In this document: positions 1 to 9,427 of the stretch, in pieces
Position numbering within the stretch: position 1 is the stretch's first letter
How the letters are laid out: every line of letters begins with the position of its first letter
DNA from: a virus
Lineage: Duplodnaviria; Caudoviricetes
DNA: 64,000 nt
Virus record (IMG/VR): IMGVR_UViG_3300024262_000013
Strand: one strand, 5' to 3'
Made by a program: the position numbers and the translations under genes
Notes under the pieces: model-generated
What the model was told of the DNA's origin: nothing
Seen by the model: only the letters and a program-made list of their open reading frames with translations
Databases searched by the model: none

Positions 1-1
1 A

Positions 2-607
2 ATTAATGAGTTTTTAGAGAAACATTTTAATTTTTTAGAAAAAAAACCTAACCATATTAGTGGATTTACATTTATAATAAATAAATCAGAAAATGATGAA
101 GAATGTATAAAAAATATAAATAACTTTATAGAAAAATCTAATCTTACAGGTAAACTGATAGTTCGTGAAAACTTACATGGTTCTTACGGAGCATGGGAAA
201 GGGGTGTATTAGATACTTATACCGATTATCTTTATTCTTTTTTAATTGAAGATGATTATATTCCAAGCAGGGTAGATTTTCTTGATTTTTTTATAAATAA
301 AATTAAAACTAATTGTTATGGTTATGTCTCGTCTTTTTGGAAAAATAATCACGCTTCCATATCTAATGGTTTATTAGACAACGGTATAGTAAAACCAACT
401 TTTGATAAACACAATAAGTTATTTCAGTTACAAAAAGATAAAATGTATGGTGGTTTTCTGACGTGTCAACTGACCTTTCTAAATTTATTAGATAGTGAGT
501 TTACAGATATTACAGATGTCGGACATACTATTTATCGAGCGTCGAGTAAAAAGATACTATACTATGTAAATACAGATTTGCCGTTATTAATAGAGCCAAA
601 TGCATAA
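2..607 (+). CDS. 5'-truncated probable GT-A-fold glycosyltransferase-like protein
   Basis: Frame 2 is open from the window edge to TAA at 605-607 (INEFLEKHF...RENLHGSYGAW...FLIEDDYIP...LLIEPNA*). It has an EDD acidic motif and sits directly upstream of other GT genes. Not in the ORF track. Confidence 0.5.
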   Translation: MNEFLEKHFNFLEKKPNHISGFTFIINKSENDEECIKNINNFIEKSNLTGKLIVRENLHGSYGAWERGVLDTYTDYLYSFLIEDDYIPSRVDFLDFFINKIKTNCYGYVSSFWKNNHASISNGLLDNGIVKPTFDKHNKLFQLQKDKMYGGFLTCQLTFLNLLDSEFTDITDVGHTIYRASSKKILYYVNTDLPLLIEPNA

Positions 608-627
608 ATAAAATTATAAATACTGAA

Positions 628-1308
628 ATGAAAAATATTAAAAATAATCCAATAGATTATTACATAGAAAAAATAAATAATAAAGATAATTTCTCATTTA
701 CTCGATGGGGTGATGGGGAATGGTTTTGTTCAATGGGTGTGCCAGGTCAAAATTGTGATGGTCATAAATATTTTCCTGAAATGAGGAAATCACTCAATAC
801 CGCGTTAAATAACGATAAAGGATATTATAAAGCGATATGGAACTTAGACCATGGTCAAATAAAAAATATACTTCATATGTTATTACCATTTATAAAAAGT
901 AATAATATTGACCTTAAATGGGTTAATGCGGGAATATGGGAAGATGCCGCATTAAGTGGTCAGTTAAGTCCATTAGTTAAATCCTTAGAAAGTAGAAATT
1001 TTGTTATTGTGTCAAGTGATAAGTTAAAGAAAATAGATATTAAATATACTGATTTTGTTAGTGTACCTCCAGTTAATTGTTTTTTAGATAAAGAAAGAAT
1101 TAAAAACGATATGATAAAAATGACAGAAAAATACGATGATGTAGTCTTTGGGTTATCATCCTCTATGGCTACTAACGTCATTGTAGATGAACTTTATGAC
1201 TTAATTGGGGATAAGTGTACTATGATTGATTTTGGTTCAATATGGGACCCCTTTGTAGGTCATATGGGTAGGAAATATCATAAAGAATATAAAAAAACAA
1301 ATTTATGA
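628..1308 (+). CDS. GT-D fold (DUF1792-like) glycosyltransferase
   Basis: FSFTRWGDGEW matches the S-x-x-R-F/W-G-D-G-E motif of DUF1792/GT-D. C-terminal IDFGSIWD resembles the family's D-x-G-H/S motif. Confidence 0.65.
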   Translation: MKNIKNNPIDYYIEKINNKDNFSFTRWGDGEWFCSMGVPGQNCDGHKYFPEMRKSLNTALNNDKGYYKAIWNLDHGQIKNILHMLLPFIKSNNIDLKWVNAGIWEDAALSGQLSPLVKSLESRNFVIVSSDKLKKIDIKYTDFVSVPPVNCFLDKERIKNDMIKMTEKYDDVVFGLSSSMATNVIVDELYDLIGDKCTMIDFGSIWDPFVGHMGRKYHKEYKKTNL

Positions 1309-2012
1309 TAAATTGTAACCCCTATGGTGGTATTTCTAATAGGATGAAATGTATTATATCCTCTATAGTAAAACATGGAGGTATAAATCTTAGATGGGAT
1401 GTACCTAAAAGTGGTGGTGGGGTTAGATGTAAGTTTAATGATTTATATAAAAATATTTATAATGGTAATGCCATAGGTAGTGTATCTGACTGCAAATTTA
1501 TTCATCCTCAAATGAATACACATAATGAAGGAGGTAAAGATAAGTTACCTATTGACCTTAAAAAAAGATATATTGAAGTTATCAAAACTTTAGAACCTAT
1601 CGATTATATTTCAAATAAAATTAAAGAAGAGAAAGAAAAGTTAGGTGAATATTGTGCAGTTAGCGTTAGAACTTTTAGAAGTTTTCCTGCAGAATATAAC
1701 TCATGGGGTAGACATTTTAAAATAGATAACCTTTTTAGGGTAATGGATGAAATTGAAAGTAAAATTTTATTAACCTGTGATGATACTGAGACAACAAATT
1801 TAATTAAACAAAGATATGATGTTTACACTACGCCTAAAAGAACCAAATTTGGAGATTTTACTACTGTGGAAGGTATGCAAGATATATTAATAGACCAATA
1901 CTTAGGTAGTTTATCAACAGATATTTATGGTACGAATATGAGTAGTTTTTCTGAAATGCAGTGGTGGTTAGGACAATGTAAACCTAATTATCATGAAATG
2001 AAATTACATTAG
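1305..2012 (+). CDS. Fucosyltransferase-like protein (GT23/NodZ/GT11-like)
   Basis: GGISNRM, AVSVRT (cf. GVHVRR), ILLTCDD (cf. YLATDD), DILIDQYLG...YGTNMSSFS (cf. D-x-x-LL...G-T-x-x-S-T-F-S). Confidence 0.6.
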   Translation: MINCNPYGGISNRMKCIISSIVKHGGINLRWDVPKSGGGVRCKFNDLYKNIYNGNAIGSVSDCKFIHPQMNTHNEGGKDKLPIDLKKRYIEVIKTLEPIDYISNKIKEEKEKLGEYCAVSVRTFRSFPAEYNSWGRHFKIDNLFRVMDEIESKILLTCDDTETTNLIKQRYDVYTTPKRTKFGDFTTVEGMQDILIDQYLGSLSTDIYGTNMSSFSEMQWWLGQCKPNYHEMKLH

Positions 2013-2021
2013 TAATAAGTA

Positions 2022-2867
2022 CTATCTTCTTGATGGGTGTAACCACATATTTTTTGAGTCATTAAGTAATTTCTCGTAGTCGTTATAACCATACACTTTT
2101 GAACCAGATAATTTTTCCAACCATGAACCTGTTTTCCAAACTCCCCTATCTTTAGACATACAATTAGGGCAATTATAGATAAAAACATCACCACCAAAAT
2201 AGGAGGGTATAACTGCATCACCCGCAGCTGTTATATGATGTAATGAATTAGATAATATCATAAATTGAACTTCATTATAATTTTTATCAGTTTGAGATAA
2301 TAGTGTCTCAATATCAATTACCGAAGGGTATTTTTTTAAAACCTCTTTATCCCCAATATCTACTGTGGTTTGTCCGTTATCTCTTTGTAGTTTGAACTTA
2401 TCAGGATTATCGGGTGGTCTTATATAAACGATTTGATAATCTTTTTCAAAGGATTTAATTATTTTTTCTAATATTTCACTATTGAAATAATTATGAGGAT
2501 GAGTCATCCATTCTTTAGTGTTTTTATTATTTATAGTTAATATTGGTTTTGTGTAAGTATACTCGTCATTTTTATAAAATTCTTTGAATGGCGGTGGAGA
2601 CCAATTATCATTAACAAATTTAGGTCCTTGAATATTATAACAGGCGGTATTATGTTCTTCTGTTAAAATTTTAGCTAAAATTGGTGGGTCAAAATGTTTA
2701 TTTTCTTCTTTATGGTTTGGGGAAAAATAAAATACCGGTTTAGTACCAATTTTACTTGAAGTCGATTTTAATTTTCCCTCTAAATATTGATGATATGCCA
2801 CAGGTGCGTAATACCATAAAATATAACCAAACTCATCAAACGCTTCTATATTAGGATTATTTTTCAC
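2022..2867 (-). CDS. Hypothetical protein, possibly GT-B (GT9-like) glycosyltransferase
   Basis: 281-aa ORF inside the GT cluster. C-terminal QFMILSNSLHHITAAG...SYFG loosely resembles the GT9 C-terminal motif. Confidence 0.4.
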   Translation of the reverse strand: MKNNPNIEAFDEFGYILWYYAPVAYHQYLEGKLKSTSSKIGTKPVFYFSPNHKEENKHFDPPILAKILTEEHNTACYNIQGPKFVNDNWSPPPFKEFYKNDEYTYTKPILTINNKNTKEWMTHPHNYFNSEILEKIIKSFEKDYQIVYIRPPDNPDKFKLQRDNGQTTVDIGDKEVLKKYPSVIDIETLLSQTDKNYNEVQFMILSNSLHHITAAGDAVIPSYFGGDVFIYNCPNCMSKDRGVWKTGSWLEKLSGSKVYGYNDYEKLLNDSKNMWLHPSRR

Positions 2868-4263
2868 TATATTGTTTTATTTTTCTTTTGTTATGTCTTT
2901 CTAAAACTGTTTTATGTAATTCTCCCATATTTTGTCTAGCTGAAGTGGAGACTGAACCTTTACCTTCACTTTCATGGTGGTAATAAATAAATAATCCTTT
3001 AGGTATTCTTTTACCAATAAAACCAGCGTCCATCATTTGTACCCATAAATCATAATCAACCCAACCTTTCATTTCAGTATTATACCCTTCTATTGATTCA
3101 TATGCTTCACGAGAATACATAGAACTGTTAACAATAAATGGTCCTTGTAAGAGTCTTTCTTTTGACCACTCAGGTCTTTTTTCTAATCCTTGCATTTCCC
3201 CAACGTGTACAGTATCACAATATACGGGACTTATCTTAGGATTTTTCTTTATAATATTAACTCCTGTTTTAAGATAACCCGGATGAATCATATCATCAGC
3301 ATCTAAAGGTAGTATGTATTCACCTTTACCTTCTCTAACCGCCACATTTCGCGTATCGGAAACTCCCGTATTTTCTTTATGTATAATTCGTACACCTTCC
3401 TGTCCTTCTAATGAATCTAATTTCATTAAACAGTATTGGTCATCTGAACCATCATTAACTAAAGTAATTTCAAAATTAGTATAATCTTGATTATAAACTG
3501 ATTGTAAAGTAGGGTTTAATCTTTTGGCGTAATTATAAATTGGCATCGCTAATGTAACTAATGGTTCACCTTTCTTTATTGGTTTTTTATTAAATTTAGT
3601 TGGTAAAAGTATTGGTAATTTATCTTCGTACATACTTAAGAATTTTAACCTATTATTTTCCCATTTATCGTTCGTTTGACCTATTGATAAGTGAGTAATT
3701 CTCACATCATAAAATACCCCAATTTTAACTCCACTAATAAAATTTTTAAAACTAAATCCTAAATCATAGAAATGAAACCCATCAAAAGATTCGTCAAATT
3801 TATGTTTTATCTTAGTTTTGTCTAACGCAATAAAAAGACCGTCAACTATAACGGTATCGTCTAATTTACTACCTTTTGATTCACTATATTGATTAGTCCA
3901 TTTTTTTTCATCTTGTTGGTGATTAACGATACCTAACATCTCTTCCGTTATTTCCCACCACCTTGCAGATTTAGGAAAAAATTTAGTGCCCGCAACCCCT
4001 AAAATTCCATATTCAGGATTTCTTTTAAAGTGCTTTAATACTTTGTTACCCCAATTCTTTTTTTCAAAATATAAATCATCATGGCATAGTACGACAATGT
4101 CATTATTCGCTTTTTCTAAAATTATGTTATATACTTCACTTAAGGAGTGTGTGCCTGGATTTTCAAAAGGAATTACTTCCACTTTATGAACACCGCAAGA
4201 CTTTTCAATATAATCTCTAAATTCGGGGTTAATTTTTTTTGTACTATATCCTATTGTTATCAT
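2857..4263 (-). CDS. Two-domain glycosyltransferase (Glyco_tranf_2_5-like + GT2)
   Basis: N-domain: YN...VLCHDDL, GVAG, VDGLF, FHFYDLG. C-domain: VTLAMPIYN, LVNDGSDD, NTGVSDTRN, ILPLDADD, DYDLW. Confidence 0.85.
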   Translation of the reverse strand: MITIGYSTKKINPEFRDYIEKSCGVHKVEVIPFENPGTHSLSEVYNIILEKANNDIVVLCHDDLYFEKKNWGNKVLKHFKRNPEYGILGVAGTKFFPKSARWWEITEEMLGIVNHQQDEKKWTNQYSESKGSKLDDTVIVDGLFIALDKTKIKHKFDESFDGFHFYDLGFSFKNFISGVKIGVFYDVRITHLSIGQTNDKWENNRLKFLSMYEDKLPILLPTKFNKKPIKKGEPLVTLAMPIYNYAKRLNPTLQSVYNQDYTNFEITLVNDGSDDQYCLMKLDSLEGQEGVRIIHKENTGVSDTRNVAVREGKGEYILPLDADDMIHPGYLKTGVNIIKKNPKISPVYCDTVHVGEMQGLEKRPEWSKERLLQGPFIVNSSMYSREAYESIEGYNTEMKGWVDYDLWVQMMDAGFIGKRIPKGLFIYYHHESEGKGSVSTSARQNMGELHKTVLERHNKRKIKQYSEK

Positions 4264-4274
4264 TAAAATCTACA

Positions 4275-4874
4275 TTAATTTCCTGTCGAACCAAAACCAT
4301 TTTCATTACGGTCTTTATTTTCGATATCTTTAACTCTTTTTAGAGTAACATCTCTACCTTGTATAACAGGACAAATCACTGCTTGAGCGATTTTATCGCC
4401 AAACTCAATAGTCTGAGAGTTAGGACTAAGATTAATTAATATCACTTTAATTTCTCCCGTGTACCCCTCATCAACAGTTCCTGGTGTGTTAAGAACAGTT
4501 AAACCTTTATTTAAAGCTAATCCACTTTTAGGTCTTATTTGTATCTCACACCTTTTAGGTACATTAATATGTAATCCTGTTGATACTAACTTTCTATCAA
4601 AGGGTTCTAACTTTACCTTTTCATTTGCTCTTAAATCAAATCCTGAATCACTACCATAGTGGTATTTAGGTTCGGGATTAATTGATTTGTATGTGTATTC
4701 GACTTGTGTTGATTCAAATTCAGTAGGAGAGAACGATTTTTCTAATTCATCGTAATCAATACCAAAAGACTCCATCATCGCCTTAGGGTCTGTCATATCC
4801 ACATCACTAAGTTGTTTTTGAATGTCTTTTAATTTGGACATATCATTTTTTAATTCGTTAAATTTCTTAAACAT
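4275..4874 (-). CDS. dut: Trimeric dUTPase with N-terminal extension
   Basis: Five motifs: SGFDL, RPKSGLA, GTVDEGYTGEIKV, KIAQAV, RNENGFGSTG. Confidence 0.95.
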   Translation of the reverse strand: MFKKFNELKNDMSKLKDIQKQLSDVDMTDPKAMMESFGIDYDELEKSFSPTEFESTQVEYTYKSINPEPKYHYGSDSGFDLRANEKVKLEPFDRKLVSTGLHINVPKRCEIQIRPKSGLALNKGLTVLNTPGTVDEGYTGEIKVILINLSPNSQTIEFGDKIAQAVICPVIQGRDVTLKRVKDIENKDRNENGFGSTGN

Positions 4875-4877
4875 ATC

Positions 4878-5579
4878 TTATTTTAAATTATAAATTTTTC
4901 TAATTAATTTTACTAACACATTAACATCTTTTTCACAGTAATCTGATATCGGCAATAAACCATTAGAATTCCAATATGTGTCATGAACTAAATTACCGGT
5001 AATTTCACCTGTTTTAGGACTTTCAATACCCATAGAAATACACATTAAATCTAATGATGATATACCAAAATTATTACCGAATTGCCATATATCTTTAGTA
5101 TCTAAAGCTTTAACCTCCCAAGGTTTAGTCTCATATGAAGGTAATAATTTAGGTGGTAATATACCATTGGTTAAAAATCTTTTACCTAACGTAGGTATAT
5201 CAAAAAACTTAATATTATGACCACATAGGTAAAAATCTAATTTATCTACTTTATTTAATAAATCTCTAACTTTAAGTAATAATTCCTTTTCATCGTCTTC
5301 GGCGAATGTTTGAGTATGAACGTCATCGTTTGGGGTAATAAATGAAAATGACGCAACAATTATTTTAGAGAACTCAGCAACTAATGCTGCTTTATTAATA
5401 AAAATTTCTTCAGGAGTTTTCCCTTCTTGGTCAGGATATTTCCTAATAAACCAATCTAAGTAACTTTCAAAAAGTCTGGCTAATTCTGGTCTATTTTTCT
5501 TTAGTGTTGGTAAATCTTTCTCGACTCCGACAGTTTCTAAGTCAAAAAATAAAAGTTTGTTTAATGGTAAGTCTATCAT
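4878..5579 (-). CDS. Stand-alone PolB-type 3'-5' exonuclease (DEDDy)
   Basis: FFDLETVG (ExoI), GHNIKFFDIP (ExoII), YCEKDV (ExoIII). Confidence 0.85.
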   Translation of the reverse strand: MIDLPLNKLLFFDLETVGVEKDLPTLKKNRPELARLFESYLDWFIRKYPDQEGKTPEEIFINKAALVAEFSKIIVASFSFITPNDDVHTQTFAEDDEKELLLKVRDLLNKVDKLDFYLCGHNIKFFDIPTLGKRFLTNGILPPKLLPSYETKPWEVKALDTKDIWQFGNNFGISSLDLMCISMGIESPKTGEITGNLVHDTYWNSNGLLPISDYCEKDVNVLVKLIRKIYNLK

Positions 5580-6784
5580 TTTGTTATTGTTTTATATATT
5601 TCAGCTCTTGTTTTTGTTACATTATTTAAATCATAAGTATCTTTTACGGTTTCATATAGTCGTTCCCCTAAATCTTCTGCCCATGATGGGTTTTTAACTA
5701 ACTTCTTGATATGTTTAGCCCAATCAGAATGATTTCTACTCTCATCGACCAATAAAGCGTTACCATCTACAAATTCACCATATTTAAGCGCGTGCTTTAA
5801 GTCAATCGTATAAGGTCCTATATTAGAAGCTATAATTGCTTTTTTATAAAATCCCGCCTCTATCACTTTTAACTGTGATTTCATTCTATTAAAGATATGA
5901 TTTTTAATGGGAGCTAAAGAAACGTCAAATTTAGCATAATTTTTAGCGTATGACGTAACAGGTTGTGTCCAAACTCTATGATAGTATTTTTCATCATTAT
6001 ATGGTTGTTGTTTATACGCTAATAAATATTTTTTATATTCTTCAGATACGTCATCATGACTTCTCGTAAATATTTTTTCATACTCAGCCCAAACAGTTTC
6101 TTCAGGTTTTATATCCCTTTGTTTTTGTTTCTTTGTTTCTTTATCAATCTCAGTTACCGTACCTCTAATATCAAAACCACACAAATATAATTCATATTGT
6201 TCTTTTAATGTACCTAATTTACTAAAACAGTCATCTAATATTTTTAAATCATGTAAGTGAGATGACCCACCTAACCATCCGAATCTAAGCTTATCTGACG
6301 GTTCTGTCTTATGTTTAAATTGAGGCTCATTTGGATTAATCGCGTTGGGGAGAACAAAAACATTTTTATTAAATTTTTTAATTTCTTGTGCAAATAATTT
6401 AGTGGTGGTTGTAACATATTGAGCGGCTTTAAGATTATTTCTAATTTTTAAATGTAGCCCCGAATTAACAATCATATCGTGAGCTGGATGTTCTTTAGTT
6501 GGTAACCAATAGTCATCGATGTCTGCCACGGTCACAATTCCCCATTTATGTAATTTCTCTAATAGAGCTGGGGTACCATCATAATCTTTAGTAATGGTTC
6601 TATGGAAATGAACCATATCATAATTTTTCCAATAATTATCATCATCGACTCTAGGTTCATAATCAATATCTACATGGAAATCGTTTGGATTTTGATTTTG
6701 TAAAAAAATGTGGGGTTCGACTGAACGAAATTTACCTACTCCCGTTCTATCGGATGGTAATACTAATACTCTTATCTTTGACAT
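5576..6784 (-). CDS. GT-B (GT4-like) glycosyltransferase
   Basis: VADIDD, TTTT..FA, VFVLPNAI, GWLGGSSHLHDL, DVSLAPI...FNRMKSQLKVIEAG...IIASNIGPY. Confidence 0.8.
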   Translation of the reverse strand: MSKIRVLVLPSDRTGVGKFRSVEPHIFLQNQNPNDFHVDIDYEPRVDDDNYWKNYDMVHFHRTITKDYDGTPALLEKLHKWGIVTVADIDDYWLPTKEHPAHDMIVNSGLHLKIRNNLKAAQYVTTTTKLFAQEIKKFNKNVFVLPNAINPNEPQFKHKTEPSDKLRFGWLGGSSHLHDLKILDDCFSKLGTLKEQYELYLCGFDIRGTVTEIDKETKKQKQRDIKPEETVWAEYEKIFTRSHDDVSEEYKKYLLAYKQQPYNDEKYYHRVWTQPVTSYAKNYAKFDVSLAPIKNHIFNRMKSQLKVIEAGFYKKAIIASNIGPYTIDLKHALKYGEFVDGNALLVDESRNHSDWAKHIKKLVKNPSWAEDLGERLYETVKDTYDLNNVTKTRAEIYKTITK

Positions 6785-6839
6785 ATACTTTAATTTTACT
6801 TAAAATATAGTAAAAGATTCTTAATAAGAAAAGGAAATA

Positions 6840-7469
6840 TTATTGTTTTACCTTTTTTACTTTAAGTACTTTTCCTTCAAAGATATGTTTACCGACTCTA
6901 AGAGATAATGTCTCGTTAACTTTCTGATTACCTTCGATAATCATACCCGAACTTTTTAGTTCTTCTCTTATAACGTCTCTTACGGTATCACGTACAACAT
7001 CCCTAATCATTTGTTTTAGGTCATTATTAATTGGTAACGATGTAGTGATTTCGTTTAATGGTTGACCCACACTAGTTGATGGGTTAGTTTGAGGTGATGA
7101 CACAACTGATTCATTACTACGATTCGCATTCATTAATCTTGCTGCTCCTTCAATAATATCGTTAGATAAAACAGGTCCGTTCGTTTGTGGTTGGACTATA
7201 GGGTTCTCTAACATTAATCTTTTTATTTCATCAGGTAATTTAGAATTTTTAATTGCGTTTTCAGTTACTGGTTCACTCGGAGTTAGGGTCTGTGGCGTAA
7301 TTTGTTGTTGTTGTGGTGGTGGTTGTTGTATCATGTCTTGAGGTATATTATACGAAGCGTTGATATTTTCTGACATAGGTAATGAACCACCATGTGCTCT
7401 TGGTGTTGCATTATGCTTTTCCATTATTTTCTTAGAAACTGCTAATTTCTCCATTAGGTTACTACTCAT
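6840..7469 (-). CDS. Hypothetical protein (Q/P/S-rich linker)
   Basis: 209-aa ORF co-oriented and tightly packed with its neighbours. Confidence 0.6.
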   Translation of the reverse strand: MSSNLMEKLAVSKKIMEKHNATPRAHGGSLPMSENINASYNIPQDMIQQPPPQQQQITPQTLTPSEPVTENAIKNSKLPDEIKRLMLENPIVQPQTNGPVLSNDIIEGAARLMNANRSNESVVSSPQTNPSTSVGQPLNEITTSLPINNDLKQMIRDVVRDTVRDVIREELKSSGMIIEGNQKVNETLSLRVGKHIFEGKVLKVKKVKQ

Positions 7470-7473
7470 ATTA

Positions 7474-7863
7474 TTAATTATTAAATTTTGCGTTTAAAAT
7501 CACGCTAGACATACTATTGTCTCCGTTAGGGTTATAGTTAGGTCTAGGTTCATTAAAGGTATCATTAGTTAACTTATAAGTAAATATTTTGTCGACTCTG
7601 AATAATCTCCACCCAGGTAATGGTTTTTCACCTATAGTTGCGGTATGTGAGGCCCCTTCCGTATCCCACGCCCTAAGTACCATATTATTACCACCTTTAC
7701 TTCTACCCACACACACAGGTTCAATAGTCCTATAACCTTTACCACCAGGTTCTTTACCATCGTAATTAATAATCACAACTTTTCGGTCTCTAATTGACTT
7801 TTCAATATCATTAAGAGACGCGATTTCATTTATGAGACCTTTAACCGTGGTAAGTAAATTCAT
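7474..7863 (-). CDS. Stand-alone WYL-domain protein
   Basis: VVIINY...YRTIEPVCVG...VLRAWD...WRLFRVDKI matches the WYL pattern (R-x-V/I-x-P...R-x-F-R-x-D-R/K-I). No N-terminal HTH. Confidence 0.75.
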   Translation of the reverse strand: MNLLTTVKGLINEIASLNDIEKSIRDRKVVIINYDGKEPGGKGYRTIEPVCVGRSKGGNNMVLRAWDTEGASHTATIGEKPLPGWRLFRVDKIFTYKLTNDTFNEPRPNYNPNGDNSMSSVILNAKFNN

Positions 7864-8162
7864 TATAACTCGAAACTTGGGTAAGGTTTGTTATGACTAT
7901 ACTTGTCAATTTTTTCATTCTCTACTCTCGCTTGGATATCCGTAGAAGTACCAACTTCATGGTTATAGATATCTAAGTATTTTGCGGTTCCTCTCCCTAA
8001 TTTATCACCATCAGCCATTGCATCTGGATGTTGAGGTGAATAAAGGTCACTATTAGGTGAATAATCATTCTTTGGGAATAATTTTGCTCTTTCTGCTTCA
8101 GCGTATTCAGATAATGTGTTTACTGGTTGAGCGAAGTCTAATTTGTCGTTTTGTGTTGCCAT
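7863..8162 (-). CDS. Hypothetical protein
   Basis: 99-aa ORF with start/stop overlaps to both neighbours. Confidence 0.6.
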   Translation of the reverse strand: MATQNDKLDFAQPVNTLSEYAEAERAKLFPKNDYSPNSDLYSPQHPDAMADGDKLGRGTAKYLDIYNHEVGTSTDIQARVENEKIDKYSHNKPYPSFEL

Positions 8163-8626
8163 TATATTAATGTTTTCATTATGTCGTTTATTTGTTTTAT
8201 CTGTTCGGTAACAGACGTATCAAATTTGTTAATACCTTTTTCATGTTTTTGATTAGGACTAACAACTATCCCGTCTTTAGTATGATATTTTATATATTCA
8301 TTTTCCATACCACCTTCTAACTTGGCTTTATTACCGATATCTAAAGTTTTTCTCCAATGGTCTAAAACACTGTTACACCATTTCTCCATTCTATCCCCAC
8401 CGTTTAAAATAAAAGACGGTTCGTCTTTAGTTCCCTCATAACCTTCAAACCAATTTTTAATTCGTTTTATCTGTTGGTAAGTAGCCACCCCACTATCTCT
8501 CATGTCTTTGTTTCTATTAAACCCTTCAACATTACTATCCGCGTCTACAGAATCAAAACACTTTGATAGGTGACCACAAAGAGATTCAGGTATCTTTACT
8601 TTTCTATCGTATAATTCTTTATTCAT
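8162..8626 (-). CDS. Hypothetical phage protein
   Basis: 154-aa ORF coupled to its neighbours; contains TYQQIKRIKNWF...ILNGGDRMEKW. Confidence 0.6.
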   Translation of the reverse strand: MNKELYDRKVKIPESLCGHLSKCFDSVDADSNVEGFNRNKDMRDSGVATYQQIKRIKNWFEGYEGTKDEPSFILNGGDRMEKWCNSVLDHWRKTLDIGNKAKLEGGMENEYIKYHTKDGIVVSPNQKHEKGINKFDTSVTEQIKQINDIMKTLI

Positions 8627-9371
8627 TTTTTAAAATTTTAACTAACTCATTAGTAGAAATACCATCAGCTACCGCTAATTTTTTTAAAACTTTAATGTTT
8701 CTTTGTAAGATTGGTGAGATTTTACTATTAATTTTTAAATCTTTATTGTCTGATTTAGATACTAACATATCGTCTGCCATCTTAATTAACTCTTCTTTAC
8801 TTAAAACTTTCCCCTTTTCAACCAATCTACCTTTCATTACAAAATCTTTCATTTTCTTAAAATAAGATGAGTCGTCTAATTTAGGGTCCTTGCCCATTTC
8901 TTCAGACCGACCTTTAGCCTCATCTTCATCAAAACCTAACTCATCAATAAAAAAATCGATAGTCTCATCGGCGTCCATATATTTAGTTTCATCATACCCA
9001 AAAGCGTCTTCCATATCCTCCTCACTAATTTCCCTAGGTTCAACACTTTCACCGTAATAAACTCTATAACCCCTTGTTAGAGGGTCTTGAGTGATACGTG
9101 CCATGGCAACAGTTTTATCCATGGTGGTATTTCCATCTGCACTAACAGTCGGGTCTAATATTGGTATTTTAGAATTTAACATAGTACCATCATAGTCGAT
9201 TATTTCGTCCATTTCACCCTCAGGTTTATCACTTTTAGTTGTTGACAAAAACTCTTTGTGGGTCTTACAAGGCATAAATGTATTTCTTTTATGTTTGTGA
9301 GAACCTTCACAACCTAATTCATTTGCAGCTTTCTCAGCTTGCTCTACAGTTTTATAAAGATATGACTTCAT
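8619..9371 (-). CDS. Hypothetical acidic protein with N-terminal Cys/His motif
   Basis: Likely start is ATG at 9371 (MKSYLYK...), 14 nt downstream of a minus-strand TATTTATA, rather than the ORF-track start at 9425. Contains LGCEGSHKHKRNTFMPCKTH. Confidence 0.6.
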   Translation of the reverse strand: MKSYLYKTVEQAEKAANELGCEGSHKHKRNTFMPCKTHKEFLSTTKSDKPEGEMDEIIDYDGTMLNSKIPILDPTVSADGNTTMDKTVAMARITQDPLTRGYRVYYGESVEPREISEEDMEDAFGYDETKYMDADETIDFFIDELGFDEDEAKGRSEEMGKDPKLDDSSYFKKMKDFVMKGRLVEKGKVLSKEELIKMADDMLVSKSDNKDLKINSKISPILQRNIKVLKKLAVADGISTNELVKILKNE

Positions 9372-9427
9372 TGATTCTTTTTTAATATAAATACCGCGAA
9401 CAAAGTATTTATCTATAAAAACCATTC

